Below, one piece after another: positions 23,537 through 31,216 of a DNA stretch of 64,000 nt; position 1 is the first letter of the stretch; the number at the start of each line of letters is the position of its first letter. The stretch comes from Microgenomates group bacterium (GTDB lineage: Bacteria; Patescibacteriota; Microgenomatia; UBA10105; UBA927). The notes below the pieces were generated by a model. That model was not told the DNA's origin. It worked only from the letters and a program-made list of their open reading frames with translations, and searched no databases. The translations under genes were made by a program, and so were the position numbers. The stretch is taken from the NCBI GenBank assembly GCA_049287205.1, contig JBAQFJ010000001.1, positions 319,041 to 383,040 on the forward strand, read 5' to 3'.

Positions 23537-23622
23537 TGCTGAGAGAAGGATTCGAACCTTCGTAGATCTTTTTGATCACCTGTTTTACAGACAGGCACAT
23601 TTGTCCACTCTGTCACCTCAGC
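23537..23622 (-). tRNA. tRNA-Tyr (anticodon GTA), long variable arm, no encoded CCA
   Basis: Manual fold: acceptor GCTGAGG/TCTCAGC, D-arm, anticodon loop CTGTAAA, a 17-nt variable arm and the T-arm GAAGG-TTCGAAT-CCTTC. Confidence 0.85.
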
Positions 23623-23638
23623 GTTTCATTTTTCCAAA

Positions 23639-23720
23639 ACACCCTTCGGGTGTCGTGTCTCGTACACTATTTCTCGATGACTCGAAATAGCTACGAATCC
23701 ACAAAAAAACTCGCCTCTAT
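23639..23720 (-). ncRNA. Conserved structured element, copy 1, lying between the T-box terminator and tRNA-Tyr
   Basis: About 85% identical to 29847-29930. It folds into a long hairpin with tandem G.A pairs and a UCAU loop, followed by an ACACCC-GAA-GGGUGU hairpin. Compensatory C-G to U-A changes between the two copies support a structured RNA. Confidence 0.5.
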
Positions 23721-24046
23721 CCCCGATTTGATCAGGGACAAGGGCGAGTTTTATACAAACACGCGGTACCACCTTGTTTTGCTTTTTGGTACAAAAAAAC
23801 CGACTATTGAGGTCGGTTCTACCTAAAGCCTCTAGTTACTCCATCTTTTTAGGGATGACATAACATTTTGCTATTACGGGCTGACCCGGTCTTTTAAGCT
23901 TACTTTTTGGTTAATTTCAGCTGACAGCTCAGGAGGGTATTTCGAAAAAAGAAAATTCGGTAAGCTTTCATCAACCGCTTACTTTCTTTTTTGTCACTTT
24001 TCTTTTTCTACTTCGTCTCCGTCAACGCTTTTCCTTATTCACTTGT
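23702..24046 (-). promoter_or_regulatory. T-box riboswitch leader (Tyr), including promoter, antiterminator and terminator
   Basis: The minus strand carries AAGGUGGUACCGCG (plus 23762-23775), matching the T-box consensus. CAAGG and GCG pair with the 5' strand of the downstream terminator ACUCGCCCUUGUCCC...GGGGAUAGAGGCGAGUUUUUUU, and the UGGU bulge is complementary to the ACCA end of tRNA-Tyr. A promoter TTGACA-17-TACTAT lies upstream at 24053-24081 on the minus strand. Candidate specifier codons are UAC and UAU. Confidence 0.8.
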
Positions 24047-24103
24047 TTTCATATAGTACACTGAGTTTGCCTTTTTGTCAAAAATTGCCGTACAATAGTC
24101 TTT

Positions 24104-26686
24104 ATGCAGAGAATTTTTTGGGAACGGCAACTTCGAAGACGATTTGGTACGCCGCACAATCGTTTAAAAACAATCAGTATGCTTGCCACATTTGCATTTT
24201 TTGCTGTGGTGGCAGGGGTTATATTTGTTGCAGGTCTTTTTGCATGGTATGCAAAAGATCTTCCGAGTCCGGATAAGGTGTCCCGTGTGGAGGGTCTTTC
24301 AACGGTTGTTTTGGATAGAAATGGCGAAACGGTGTATGACATTTTCGAAAATGAAAATCGAATCCCTGTGAAATTTGAGGATATGCCAAAGGCGCTGAAA
24401 GAAGCGACGGTTGCTGTCGAAGACAAGGAATTTTATAAACATAAAGGATTATCAACGACAGGGTTTTTTCGGGCGGTCGTGAGTATCTTTGTATTTCATA
24501 ATATACAAGGAGGATCTACCTTGACACAGCAATTGGTAAAAAATGCATTGTTGACGACGGAACAGACATTGCCGCGTAAAATGAAAGAGGCGGTACTTGC
24601 AATCCAAATTGAACGGAAATACTCCAAAGATGAAATTCTGCAGATGTATCTCAATGAAATTCCGTATGGTGGCACGGCTGCAGGTATCGAGGCTGCTTCT
24701 TCGTATTATTTCGATAAGCATGCAAAAGATTTGACGGTTGCAGAGAGTGTTATTCTTGCAGGTCTTCCGCAATCGCCTTCCCTGTATTCCCCGTTTATGA
24801 ATGATGAAAAAGCGTATATTGGACGTGCACAGCATGTTTTGCGGCGCATGCGTGAGGATAATTATATTACTGCGCAACAGGAAACGGATTTGAAAAAAGA
24901 AATAGAAACTGTGCAGTTTGCGTCTGGAAGTGCAGGACTGAATGCTCCGCATTTTGTTGAATATATTAAGGAACAGCTTATCGAGAAATTTGGTCAAAAA
25001 ACAGTAGATGCCGGTGGACTTCGTGTGACTACAACCATGGATCTTCCTTTGCAGAAAGCAGCACAAACCATTGTGAAAGAGGAAGTGGATAAGGTAAAAA
25101 ATCTGAAAGTTTCAAACGGTGCGGCCATTGTGATCGATCCAAAAACAGGGGAAATTTTGGCGATGGTCGGATCAAAAGATTATGAGGCAACGGACGCGTC
25201 GGGACTCAAATTTAATGTGGTCACCCAAGGGCTTCGTCAACCGGGATCTACCATGAAGCCGATATCGTACGCAACAGCCCTGAAAAAGGGGTACACGGCC
25301 TCTACGCTCCTCATGGACGTCGATACCAAGTATCCATCTGGCGATACTGCAAAGCCGGAATATAATCCAAAAAACTATGACGGAAAATACCGGGGCCCGA
25401 TGCAGCTTCGATTTGCGCTTGGCAATTCCATTAACACGATTGCAGTAAAAGTACTTGCACTCGTCGGTGTGAAAGATGTATTAAGAACTGCGTACGATAT
25501 GGGCATGACGACATTGGAGCCGACGAACGAAAATGTTTCGAGATTTGGATTGTCCCTGACGCTTGGAGGTGGCGAAGTAAAACTCATTGATATTACGAGT
25601 GCATTTGGTGTATTTGCAACAGGCGGACTTCGGCAGGATCCGGTATCCATATTGAAAGTGGAAGACAGCAAAGGAAAAGTGCTGTTTGAGCACAAGACAG
25701 TTACAGGAAAACGCGTCCTTCCCGCTGATGTTTCCTACATAATGTCAAATATTCTTTCCGATAATGCCGCACGAAAAGAAACGTTCGGTGAACGATCGTA
25801 TTTGGTTATTTCAGGGCATACTGTTGCTGTCAAAACAGGAACAACCGATGATAAACGGGATAACTGGACTGTCGGATATACGCCATCTGTCGCCACCGGC
25901 GTTTGGGTGGGAAATAATGATAATACTGCAATGAATCAGGCACTTGCCTCCGGTATCACGGGAGCAGCTCCTATTTGGAGCCGCATTATGAAAGAAGCGC
26001 TCAAAGATAAAAAAGATGAACCGTTTACAAAACTGGACAACATTGTCGAAATGGAAATTGACGCGTATGGAGGTGGCACTCCAGTTTCAGGCGGCACTAC
26101 CAGAAAAGAAGTTTATATCAAAGGAACAGAGCCGACCGCCCCCTCAAGCATTTATCAGAATGTGAAAATTTCCGCGCATGACGGCAATAAACTCGCAAGC
26201 GCTGTTGAAATTGTCAGAGGTGAATATCAGACAAAGCAATTTGTTGTGTTTAAAGAATCAGATCCTGTTTCAGGAGATGGAAAGAATCGTTGGCAGGAAG
26301 GCATAAACTCGTGGCTTGGGTCGCAGACAGATTCGAAAATGAAACCGCCGACAGAAACCTACAATGGTGGAGATGCATCTGCAATTTCTATCAAGGAACC
26401 GGGTGATCATGCGCGTATTGATAGTAATGATGTAAAAGTTGTCGTTAAAGCGACATCCTCAAACGGTATTTCAAAAATTGAAATATATGTGGATGGGGAA
26501 AAGAAAAAAGAATCAGGAAGTGATACTTTTTCAGATACGGTACCCGTTACAAATGGTTCATATAGAGCGATTAAAGCAGTGGCAACGGATACGAAAGGAA
26601 ACAAATCTGAAAGCAGTATCCATATAGGAGTGAACGCCGCATTTGCAGAACCGACATCCGAACCTACACCCACACCTACTCCTTAA
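24104..26686 (+). CDS. Class A penicillin-binding protein (bifunctional transglycosylase / transpeptidase) with a C-terminal Ig-like extension
   Basis: GT51 motifs (EDKEFYKHKG, GGSTLTQQLVKN), transpeptidase motifs STMKP, SxN and KTGTT. A positively charged tail is followed by a transmembrane anchor. A TACAAT -10 hexamer ends 7 nt before the ATG. Confidence 0.9.
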   Translation: MQRIFWERQLRRRFGTPHNRLKTISMLATFAFFAVVAGVIFVAGLFAWYAKDLPSPDKVSRVEGLSTVVLDRNGETVYDIFENENRIPVKFEDMPKALKEATVAVEDKEFYKHKGLSTTGFFRAVVSIFVFHNIQGGSTLTQQLVKNALLTTEQTLPRKMKEAVLAIQIERKYSKDEILQMYLNEIPYGGTAAGIEAASSYYFDKHAKDLTVAESVILAGLPQSPSLYSPFMNDEKAYIGRAQHVLRRMREDNYITAQQETDLKKEIETVQFASGSAGLNAPHFVEYIKEQLIEKFGQKTVDAGGLRVTTTMDLPLQKAAQTIVKEEVDKVKNLKVSNGAAIVIDPKTGEILAMVGSKDYEATDASGLKFNVVTQGLRQPGSTMKPISYATALKKGYTASTLLMDVDTKYPSGDTAKPEYNPKNYDGKYRGPMQLRFALGNSINTIAVKVLALVGVKDVLRTAYDMGMTTLEPTNENVSRFGLSLTLGGGEVKLIDITSAFGVFATGGLRQDPVSILKVEDSKGKVLFEHKTVTGKRVLPADVSYIMSNILSDNAARKETFGERSYLVISGHTVAVKTGTTDDKRDNWTVGYTPSVATGVWVGNNDNTAMNQALASGITGAAPIWSRIMKEALKDKKDEPFTKLDNIVEMEIDAYGGGTPVSGGTTRKEVYIKGTEPTAPSSIYQNVKISAHDGNKLASAVEIVRGEYQTKQFVVFKESDPVSGDGKNRWQEGINSWLGSQTDSKMKPPTETYNGGDASAISIKEPGDHARIDSNDVKVVVKATSSNGISKIEIYVDGEKKKESGSDTFSDTVPVTNGSYRAIKAVATDTKGNKSESSIHIGVNAAFAEPTSEPTPTPTP

Positions 26687-28677
26687 TTTTTTAATGTTGC
26701 GTGGTATGCCGTTTTCATGTGGCTGATGATTTTTTCCCGAATGTTCATTGTGTCTTCTTTTGTCAGATTTTTTTTATCGCTTTGATAGGTAATATGGAAT
26801 GTTCTGATGTTTTTGAAACTGTCAAACAATGAAACCTCTTTGATGATGGGATCGATGGCAAGCATTGTTTGTATCATCGGTCCGACATGTGTACGTTCCG
26901 GAACAATAAATGCCATGTCTTCAAAACTTGCCGGATTTTTTGCTATTGCTATATATTTTCTTTGCATAGCTCGGTGTTTCATGAGATTCTTTATGGACAA
27001 TTCAAGCACAGTAATTGGTTTTCCGATGCTTAGGGTTTGGAGTATTTGCCCATGTATCTCCCCCATCTGTCCGAATACGCCCAGTTGCAGTGAACGGCTC
27101 TCATCATAATATGCATTTGCGTGTTCCGTTGTTGAAGGAAATGGTATGCCGAAAAAGGAAAATAGTTGTTCGGCAATTCCTTTAATTTTTGCATATCTGG
27201 CTCCTGTCACAGCAACGATAAGTGTTGATTGTTCCTCCGGCAAATCATCTTTCTTAAACGCGTAGGTCATCGATAATTCAAAAAGTTTCAAATCGTTTTC
27301 GTATGGGATATTTTGTTTGATTGCCAAAAGCATAGACGGCAACAGTGTTGGTCGCATGTATATCCAGTCGTTGGATAACGGATTATTGATTTTGTATGTG
27401 AGGTCTGTTGGTAAGGAGAATGTCTCCATAAGTTCTTCAGAAATCATGGAATATGTATATGTTTCTGTATATCCCCAATCAGATAATTTGGTTTTTATGG
27501 TTTGCTCCATCTCAAGCATCGGGTCTTCATATGCTGTCGGAATTTCAGTTTCAGGAAGTTTTCCAACAATAGTGTGATAGCCATAGATTCGCGCCAATTC
27601 TTCGATGACATCAACATCAATGGCGATATCACGCCGGTAACTTGGTGGAGTTACAGTGATTGTTTCATCGGTACTTGTTACAGTGCAGCCAAGTGCGGTG
27701 AGGATTTGCTTTACTTCTTTGTCAGACAGATGCGTGCCTATATAACTGTCGACTTTATTTCTGTTTGTTAAGACAGTTTGCGCCTTCCACGGTTTCTCAT
27801 AGATATCAGTAACGCTACTTGCGATACCGCCGCCTGATAATTCCTCCATTAGCTTGACGCTGATTGCGAATACCGGTGCAACAAGTTCAGTATCAAGATT
27901 TTTTTCGAACAGTCCTGCAGCTTCTGTTCTATGTGCAAGACTCATGGATGTTTTTCTAATGTGCGCTGGGTCATAGGTCTGTAAAAACAACACAACACGT
28001 TTTGTAGTTTCTCCAATTGCAGAATTTTTTGCTCCCATTATTCCGCAGAGATCAATAAGATTCCCATCGCCGTCTTCCATGACAATATCGCCTCCCAAAA
28101 GTGTGTGAGTTTTTCCATCCAAGGTGGTAATTTGTTCGCCTCTTTTTGACGGCCGGAGTTTCATTGTTGCGCCTTTGATTGCGTCGTAGTCAAACACATG
28201 TGCGGGTTGCCCATATGCATGCATGACATAGTTGGTGATATCGATGACATTATTGATTGACCTAACTCCTGTTAGTTCCAATGCTTCGGTAAGCCACTTT
28301 GGTGACGGTTTGACGGAAACATGATCAAATACGACAGTCATCCACCGTGGATTCAATCTTGCATCGGTTGTTACATGTAGCGGCAATTCTTTTTTAGGAT
28401 TTTTTATTTTTACGTGGTTCTGATATGGGTCGCCTATCAATTCCGCAGCAATCCCAAATCGTGGCAATATGACACTCGCCTCTCTGGCAATTCCCATGAC
28501 AGACATTGCATCTGGTCTGTTTCCCGTAACCTCGATGTCATACACCGTTTCTCCTTTTGTCGTGTTGATTCTCTCAATGGAAGGACCACAGAGTGACAGA
28601 TACTCTTTTAATTGTTTTGGTGTGGCGTCAGTTTTCAAATATTCTCTGAGCCATGTGTCTGGTACTAAAATATTCAT
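26683..28677 (-). CDS. pheT: Phenylalanyl-tRNA synthetase beta subunit
   Basis: B3/B4 and B5 domains plus a catalytic-like C-terminal region; 664 aa, short form. It overlaps the pheS stop. Confidence 0.85.
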   Translation of the reverse strand: MNILVPDTWLREYLKTDATPKQLKEYLSLCGPSIERINTTKGETVYDIEVTGNRPDAMSVMGIAREASVILPRFGIAAELIGDPYQNHVKIKNPKKELPLHVTTDARLNPRWMTVVFDHVSVKPSPKWLTEALELTGVRSINNVIDITNYVMHAYGQPAHVFDYDAIKGATMKLRPSKRGEQITTLDGKTHTLLGGDIVMEDGDGNLIDLCGIMGAKNSAIGETTKRVVLFLQTYDPAHIRKTSMSLAHRTEAAGLFEKNLDTELVAPVFAISVKLMEELSGGGIASSVTDIYEKPWKAQTVLTNRNKVDSYIGTHLSDKEVKQILTALGCTVTSTDETITVTPPSYRRDIAIDVDVIEELARIYGYHTIVGKLPETEIPTAYEDPMLEMEQTIKTKLSDWGYTETYTYSMISEELMETFSLPTDLTYKINNPLSNDWIYMRPTLLPSMLLAIKQNIPYENDLKLFELSMTYAFKKDDLPEEQSTLIVAVTGARYAKIKGIAEQLFSFFGIPFPSTTEHANAYYDESRSLQLGVFGQMGEIHGQILQTLSIGKPITVLELSIKNLMKHRAMQRKYIAIAKNPASFEDMAFIVPERTHVGPMIQTMLAIDPIIKEVSLFDSFKNIRTFHITYQSDKKNLTKEDTMNIREKIISHMKTAYHATLKN

Positions 28678-28678
28678 A

Positions 28679-29782
28679 TTAGAATTGTTGTAAAAATCTC
28701 ACGTCATTACTGTATAACAATCTGATGTCATCAATATTGGTATCCGCTTTCATCATGTACGCCCGTTCTACGCCCCAACCGAACGCAAAGCCGTTATAGA
28801 CCGTTGTGTCGATATTGCCGCTTCTAAGAACATTTGGATGCACCATACCGGCTCCTCCAAGTTCGAGCCACCCTTCTTTGCAGAGTTTACAGCCCTTGCC
28901 TCCGCAGATACCACAGGAAATATCAATTTCAAATGACGGTTCCGTAAACTGAAAATGAAACGGACGGATACGCGTAGTGCGATTTTGACCAAAAAAATGT
29001 TTTGCAAAATAATCCAACACCCCTTTGAGGTGTGCAATAGACACGTTTTTATCGATGTAGAGTCCCTCAAACTGATGAAACATGGGCGTATGGGAAACAT
29101 CGATTTGTCGTCTGTAGCATTTGGCAATATTAATCATGCGAATCGGGAGGTTTTTCTTTTCCATTTCCCGTACCTGTCCGTTTGACGTGTGCGGGGTCAA
29201 AACCATTTTGTTGAATTTTTCATTTTTGCCCACACCATCGATGAAAAATGTTTCCCATTCATCGCGTGCGGGATGACTCTCTGGCATATTGAGTGAAGTA
29301 AACGCATACCAGTCCCAGTCAACTTCAGGGTGTCTGACACGGGTGAATCCGAGGCGGTTGAAAATGGATGTAATCTCTCCGATAGCTTGTGTGACGATAT
29401 GCGTGTGTCCGACTGGTGGGGTTTCTCCTGGAACAGTTGTATCGAACCATTCCTCATTTTTTGTTGTATTTGTAGTGTGTTGTTTTGCAGAGAGTGCGTT
29501 TTCAATTGCAACTTTTACTCCGTTTAAAACTGCGCCAATTTGTTGTTTGTCTTCCGGTATGGCTGTGCGCATAGAAGATGCAAGTTTTAAAAATTCGCTG
29601 TTTTTGCCAAGCCACGTTAATCGAAGAATATCGGCGTGATCAGGACTTTCATCAATTGCGCTCACTGCATCTTCCTGCAGCGTTAACAGTAGTCGAATGA
29701 CTTGATCCTTTGCAAGTGGTTCCCCGCCTGCATCGCTATGCGAAGCATTGCGGGCAGGTTCTGTTTTAATAATCTTTTTCAT
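28679..29782 (-). CDS. pheS: Phenylalanyl-tRNA synthetase alpha subunit
   Basis: Class II motifs HPARDEWETFFI (motif 2 region) and GFAFGWGVERAYMM (motif 3). Confidence 0.9.
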   Translation of the reverse strand: MKKIIKTEPARNASHSDAGGEPLAKDQVIRLLLTLQEDAVSAIDESPDHADILRLTWLGKNSEFLKLASSMRTAIPEDKQQIGAVLNGVKVAIENALSAKQHTTNTTKNEEWFDTTVPGETPPVGHTHIVTQAIGEITSIFNRLGFTRVRHPEVDWDWYAFTSLNMPESHPARDEWETFFIDGVGKNEKFNKMVLTPHTSNGQVREMEKKNLPIRMINIAKCYRRQIDVSHTPMFHQFEGLYIDKNVSIAHLKGVLDYFAKHFFGQNRTTRIRPFHFQFTEPSFEIDISCGICGGKGCKLCKEGWLELGGAGMVHPNVLRSGNIDTTVYNGFAFGWGVERAYMMKADTNIDDIRLLYSNDVRFLQQF

Positions 29783-29846
29783 ACAGTATGTATCTATTGT
29801 ACGTTGTTGTTTGCTTATCTATCAAGTTATTCTTTTTTCATAACGT

Positions 29847-29930
29847 ACACCCTTCGGGTGTCGTGGATCGTACGTTATTTCTCGATGACTCGAAATAACT
29901 ACGCGTCCACAAAAAAATCCCGCCTGTTTG
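29847..29930 (-). ncRNA. Conserved structured element, copy 2, lying between the rplT terminator and the pheS promoter
   Basis: Paralogue of 23639-23720, and like copy 1 it begins immediately after an intrinsic terminator. Confidence 0.5.
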
Positions 29931-29940
29931 CGGGATTTCA
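29911..29940 (-). terminator. Rho-independent terminator downstream of rplT
   Basis: Minus strand: AAAUCCCGC-AAACAG-GCGGGAUUUUUUU. Confidence 0.75.
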
Positions 29941-29963
29941 TGTCTTACTGTTTGACAGTAGCA

Positions 29964-30311
29964 TTACTTCCCGCTGGCGGTAGTAAAGATAGCGTCAAAT
30001 ACTTCTGGTTTGTTTACGATGAGGTGTGCCATGATTTTTCGGTCAATGGTGATGTTTGCTGTTTTCATGCTGTGCATGAATTTGCTGTAGGATGTTCCTT
30101 TTTGTGCTACAGCATGGGAAATTCTGCTGATCCATGTCTGGCGGAAATCCCGTTTCTTGTTTTTTCGCCCTGCAAATGCATATTCCCCTGCGTGCAGGAA
30201 TGCTTCTTTTGCCACACGGACAAGTCTGCGTTTCGTCATCCGATAGCCTTTATTGGCTTCGAATAATTTCTTGTGCTTTGCGTGACTGGTTACCCCTCGT
30301 TTTACTCTCAT
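29964..30311 (-). CDS. rplT: 50S ribosomal protein L20
   Basis: MRVKRGVTSHAKHKKLFEANKGYRMTKRRLVRVAKEA... Confidence 0.9.
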   Translation of the reverse strand: MRVKRGVTSHAKHKKLFEANKGYRMTKRRLVRVAKEAFLHAGEYAFAGRKNKKRDFRQTWISRISHAVAQKGTSYSKFMHSMKTANITIDRKIMAHLIVNKPEVFDAIFTTASGK

Positions 30312-30318
30312 AGTTTTT

Positions 30319-30516
30319 TTAGGTTTCCAAGAACCGTTTCATGTTTTGAATATATTTTTTATTTGTCAGTGCCACTGCCTTATCCTGTCGGCGTTTTCGA
30401 GAGGAACTTTTGTTCTGTCTCAAATGCCGTGCTCCCTGAACGCGATGCATGACTTTGCCATTTGCAGTCAATTTAAAGCGCTTTGTTGCAATCTTTCGTG
30501 TTTTTACTTTTGGCAT
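30319..30516 (-). CDS. rpmI: 50S ribosomal protein L35
   Basis: MPKVKTRKIATKRFKLTANGKVMHRVQGARHLR. Confidence 0.9.
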   Translation of the reverse strand: MPKVKTRKIATKRFKLTANGKVMHRVQGARHLRQNKSSSRKRRQDKAVALTNKKYIQNMKRFLET

Positions 30517-30552
30517 AGAGTGTATTATACGGCAATATTATGCGTGATGCAA
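30517..30552 (-). promoter_or_regulatory. Consensus sigma-70-type promoter (TTGCAT-17-TATAAT) directly upstream of rpmI
   Basis: The -10 hexamer ends 7 nt before the rpmI ATG, which predicts a leaderless rpmI-rplT transcript. Confidence 0.55.
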
Positions 30553-30606
30553 CGTGTGTTTACAGGGTCAGACCCTTGTGGAAAGACTATCGTGAAATGC
30601 GCAGAG

Positions 30607-31131
30607 TTATACGGCTTTTTTGTTGGGGACAATCATGGCGGAAAGTACTTTTCCTTCCAGATGCGGTTCACGGACGACTTTGACGCCTTCCATGCTTGCT
30701 AAGAATCGTTTCATGACTTCAAATCCGAATTCTTTCCGTGTAATTTCTCTGCCTTTGAATATGACATTCACTTTTATTTGATTTCCGTCTTCCAGCCAGT
30801 CTACCGCCTGTTTGAGGCGCGTGTCGAAGTCATGTTGCCCGATAAAAGGTCGTAATCGGACTTCCTTCAAATCCACATTCTTTTGGCTTTTTTTACTGTC
30901 CCGTTCTTTTTTTTGTTCCTGATACTTGAATTTCTTGAAATCGATGAGTTTACCAACAGGTGGAACGGCATTTGGAGCAATCTCCACGACATCCATTTCG
31001 AGTTCTTTTGCCTTTTGGAGTGCTTCTATTTTGGTGAGAATCCCAATCTGCTTCCCTTCTTCATCCAACAGCCGAAGAGTAGGCGAAATGATTTGGTAAT
31101 TGATGCGGTAGTGTTTAAATCCTGTATTCAC
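30607..31131 (-). CDS. infC: Translation initiation factor IF-3 (GTG start)
   Basis: IF3 N- and C-domains. The start codon is GTG, with an in-frame stop 12 nt upstream. Confidence 0.85.
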   Translation of the reverse strand: MNTGFKHYRINYQIISPTLRLLDEEGKQIGILTKIEALQKAKELEMDVVEIAPNAVPPVGKLIDFKKFKYQEQKKERDSKKSQKNVDLKEVRLRPFIGQHDFDTRLKQAVDWLEDGNQIKVNVIFKGREITRKEFGFEVMKRFLASMEGVKVVREPHLEGKVLSAMIVPNKKAV

Positions 31132-31216
31132 GCGTAATTTTTATAAATGCGCCCTAAAACTCAAGACGCTTGGTGTCTATTATAGCAAATTTACCCTTCA
31201 AAGAGAATATCCCGCT

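Noticed and set aside
23224-23616. 130 aa minus-strand ORF
   Set aside because: Its N-terminal 59 codons read straight through the tRNA-Tyr gene. Only the 71-codon version with a ribosome-binding site (23224-23439) is retained, at low confidence.
23793-23815. A minus-strand hairpin with a U-tract (AACCGAC-CUCAAUA-GUCGGUUUUUUU) that looks like a standalone terminator
   Set aside because: It lies inside the T-box leader just 5' of the T-box sequence, in the position of Stem III. It is probably part of the riboswitch architecture rather than an independent terminator.
24049-25066. Minus-strand ORFs of 78-204 aa overlapping the PBP gene start and interior
   Set aside because: They are antisense to a well-supported class A PBP reading frame. 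The first also overlaps the T-box promoter region.
29900-29963. A possible pheM-like leader peptide (34 codons starting ATGAAATCC...) upstream of pheS
   Set aside because: It has only two Phe codons, overlaps the rplT terminator, and there is no second terminator between it and pheS. It does not fit a Phe-attenuation leader.
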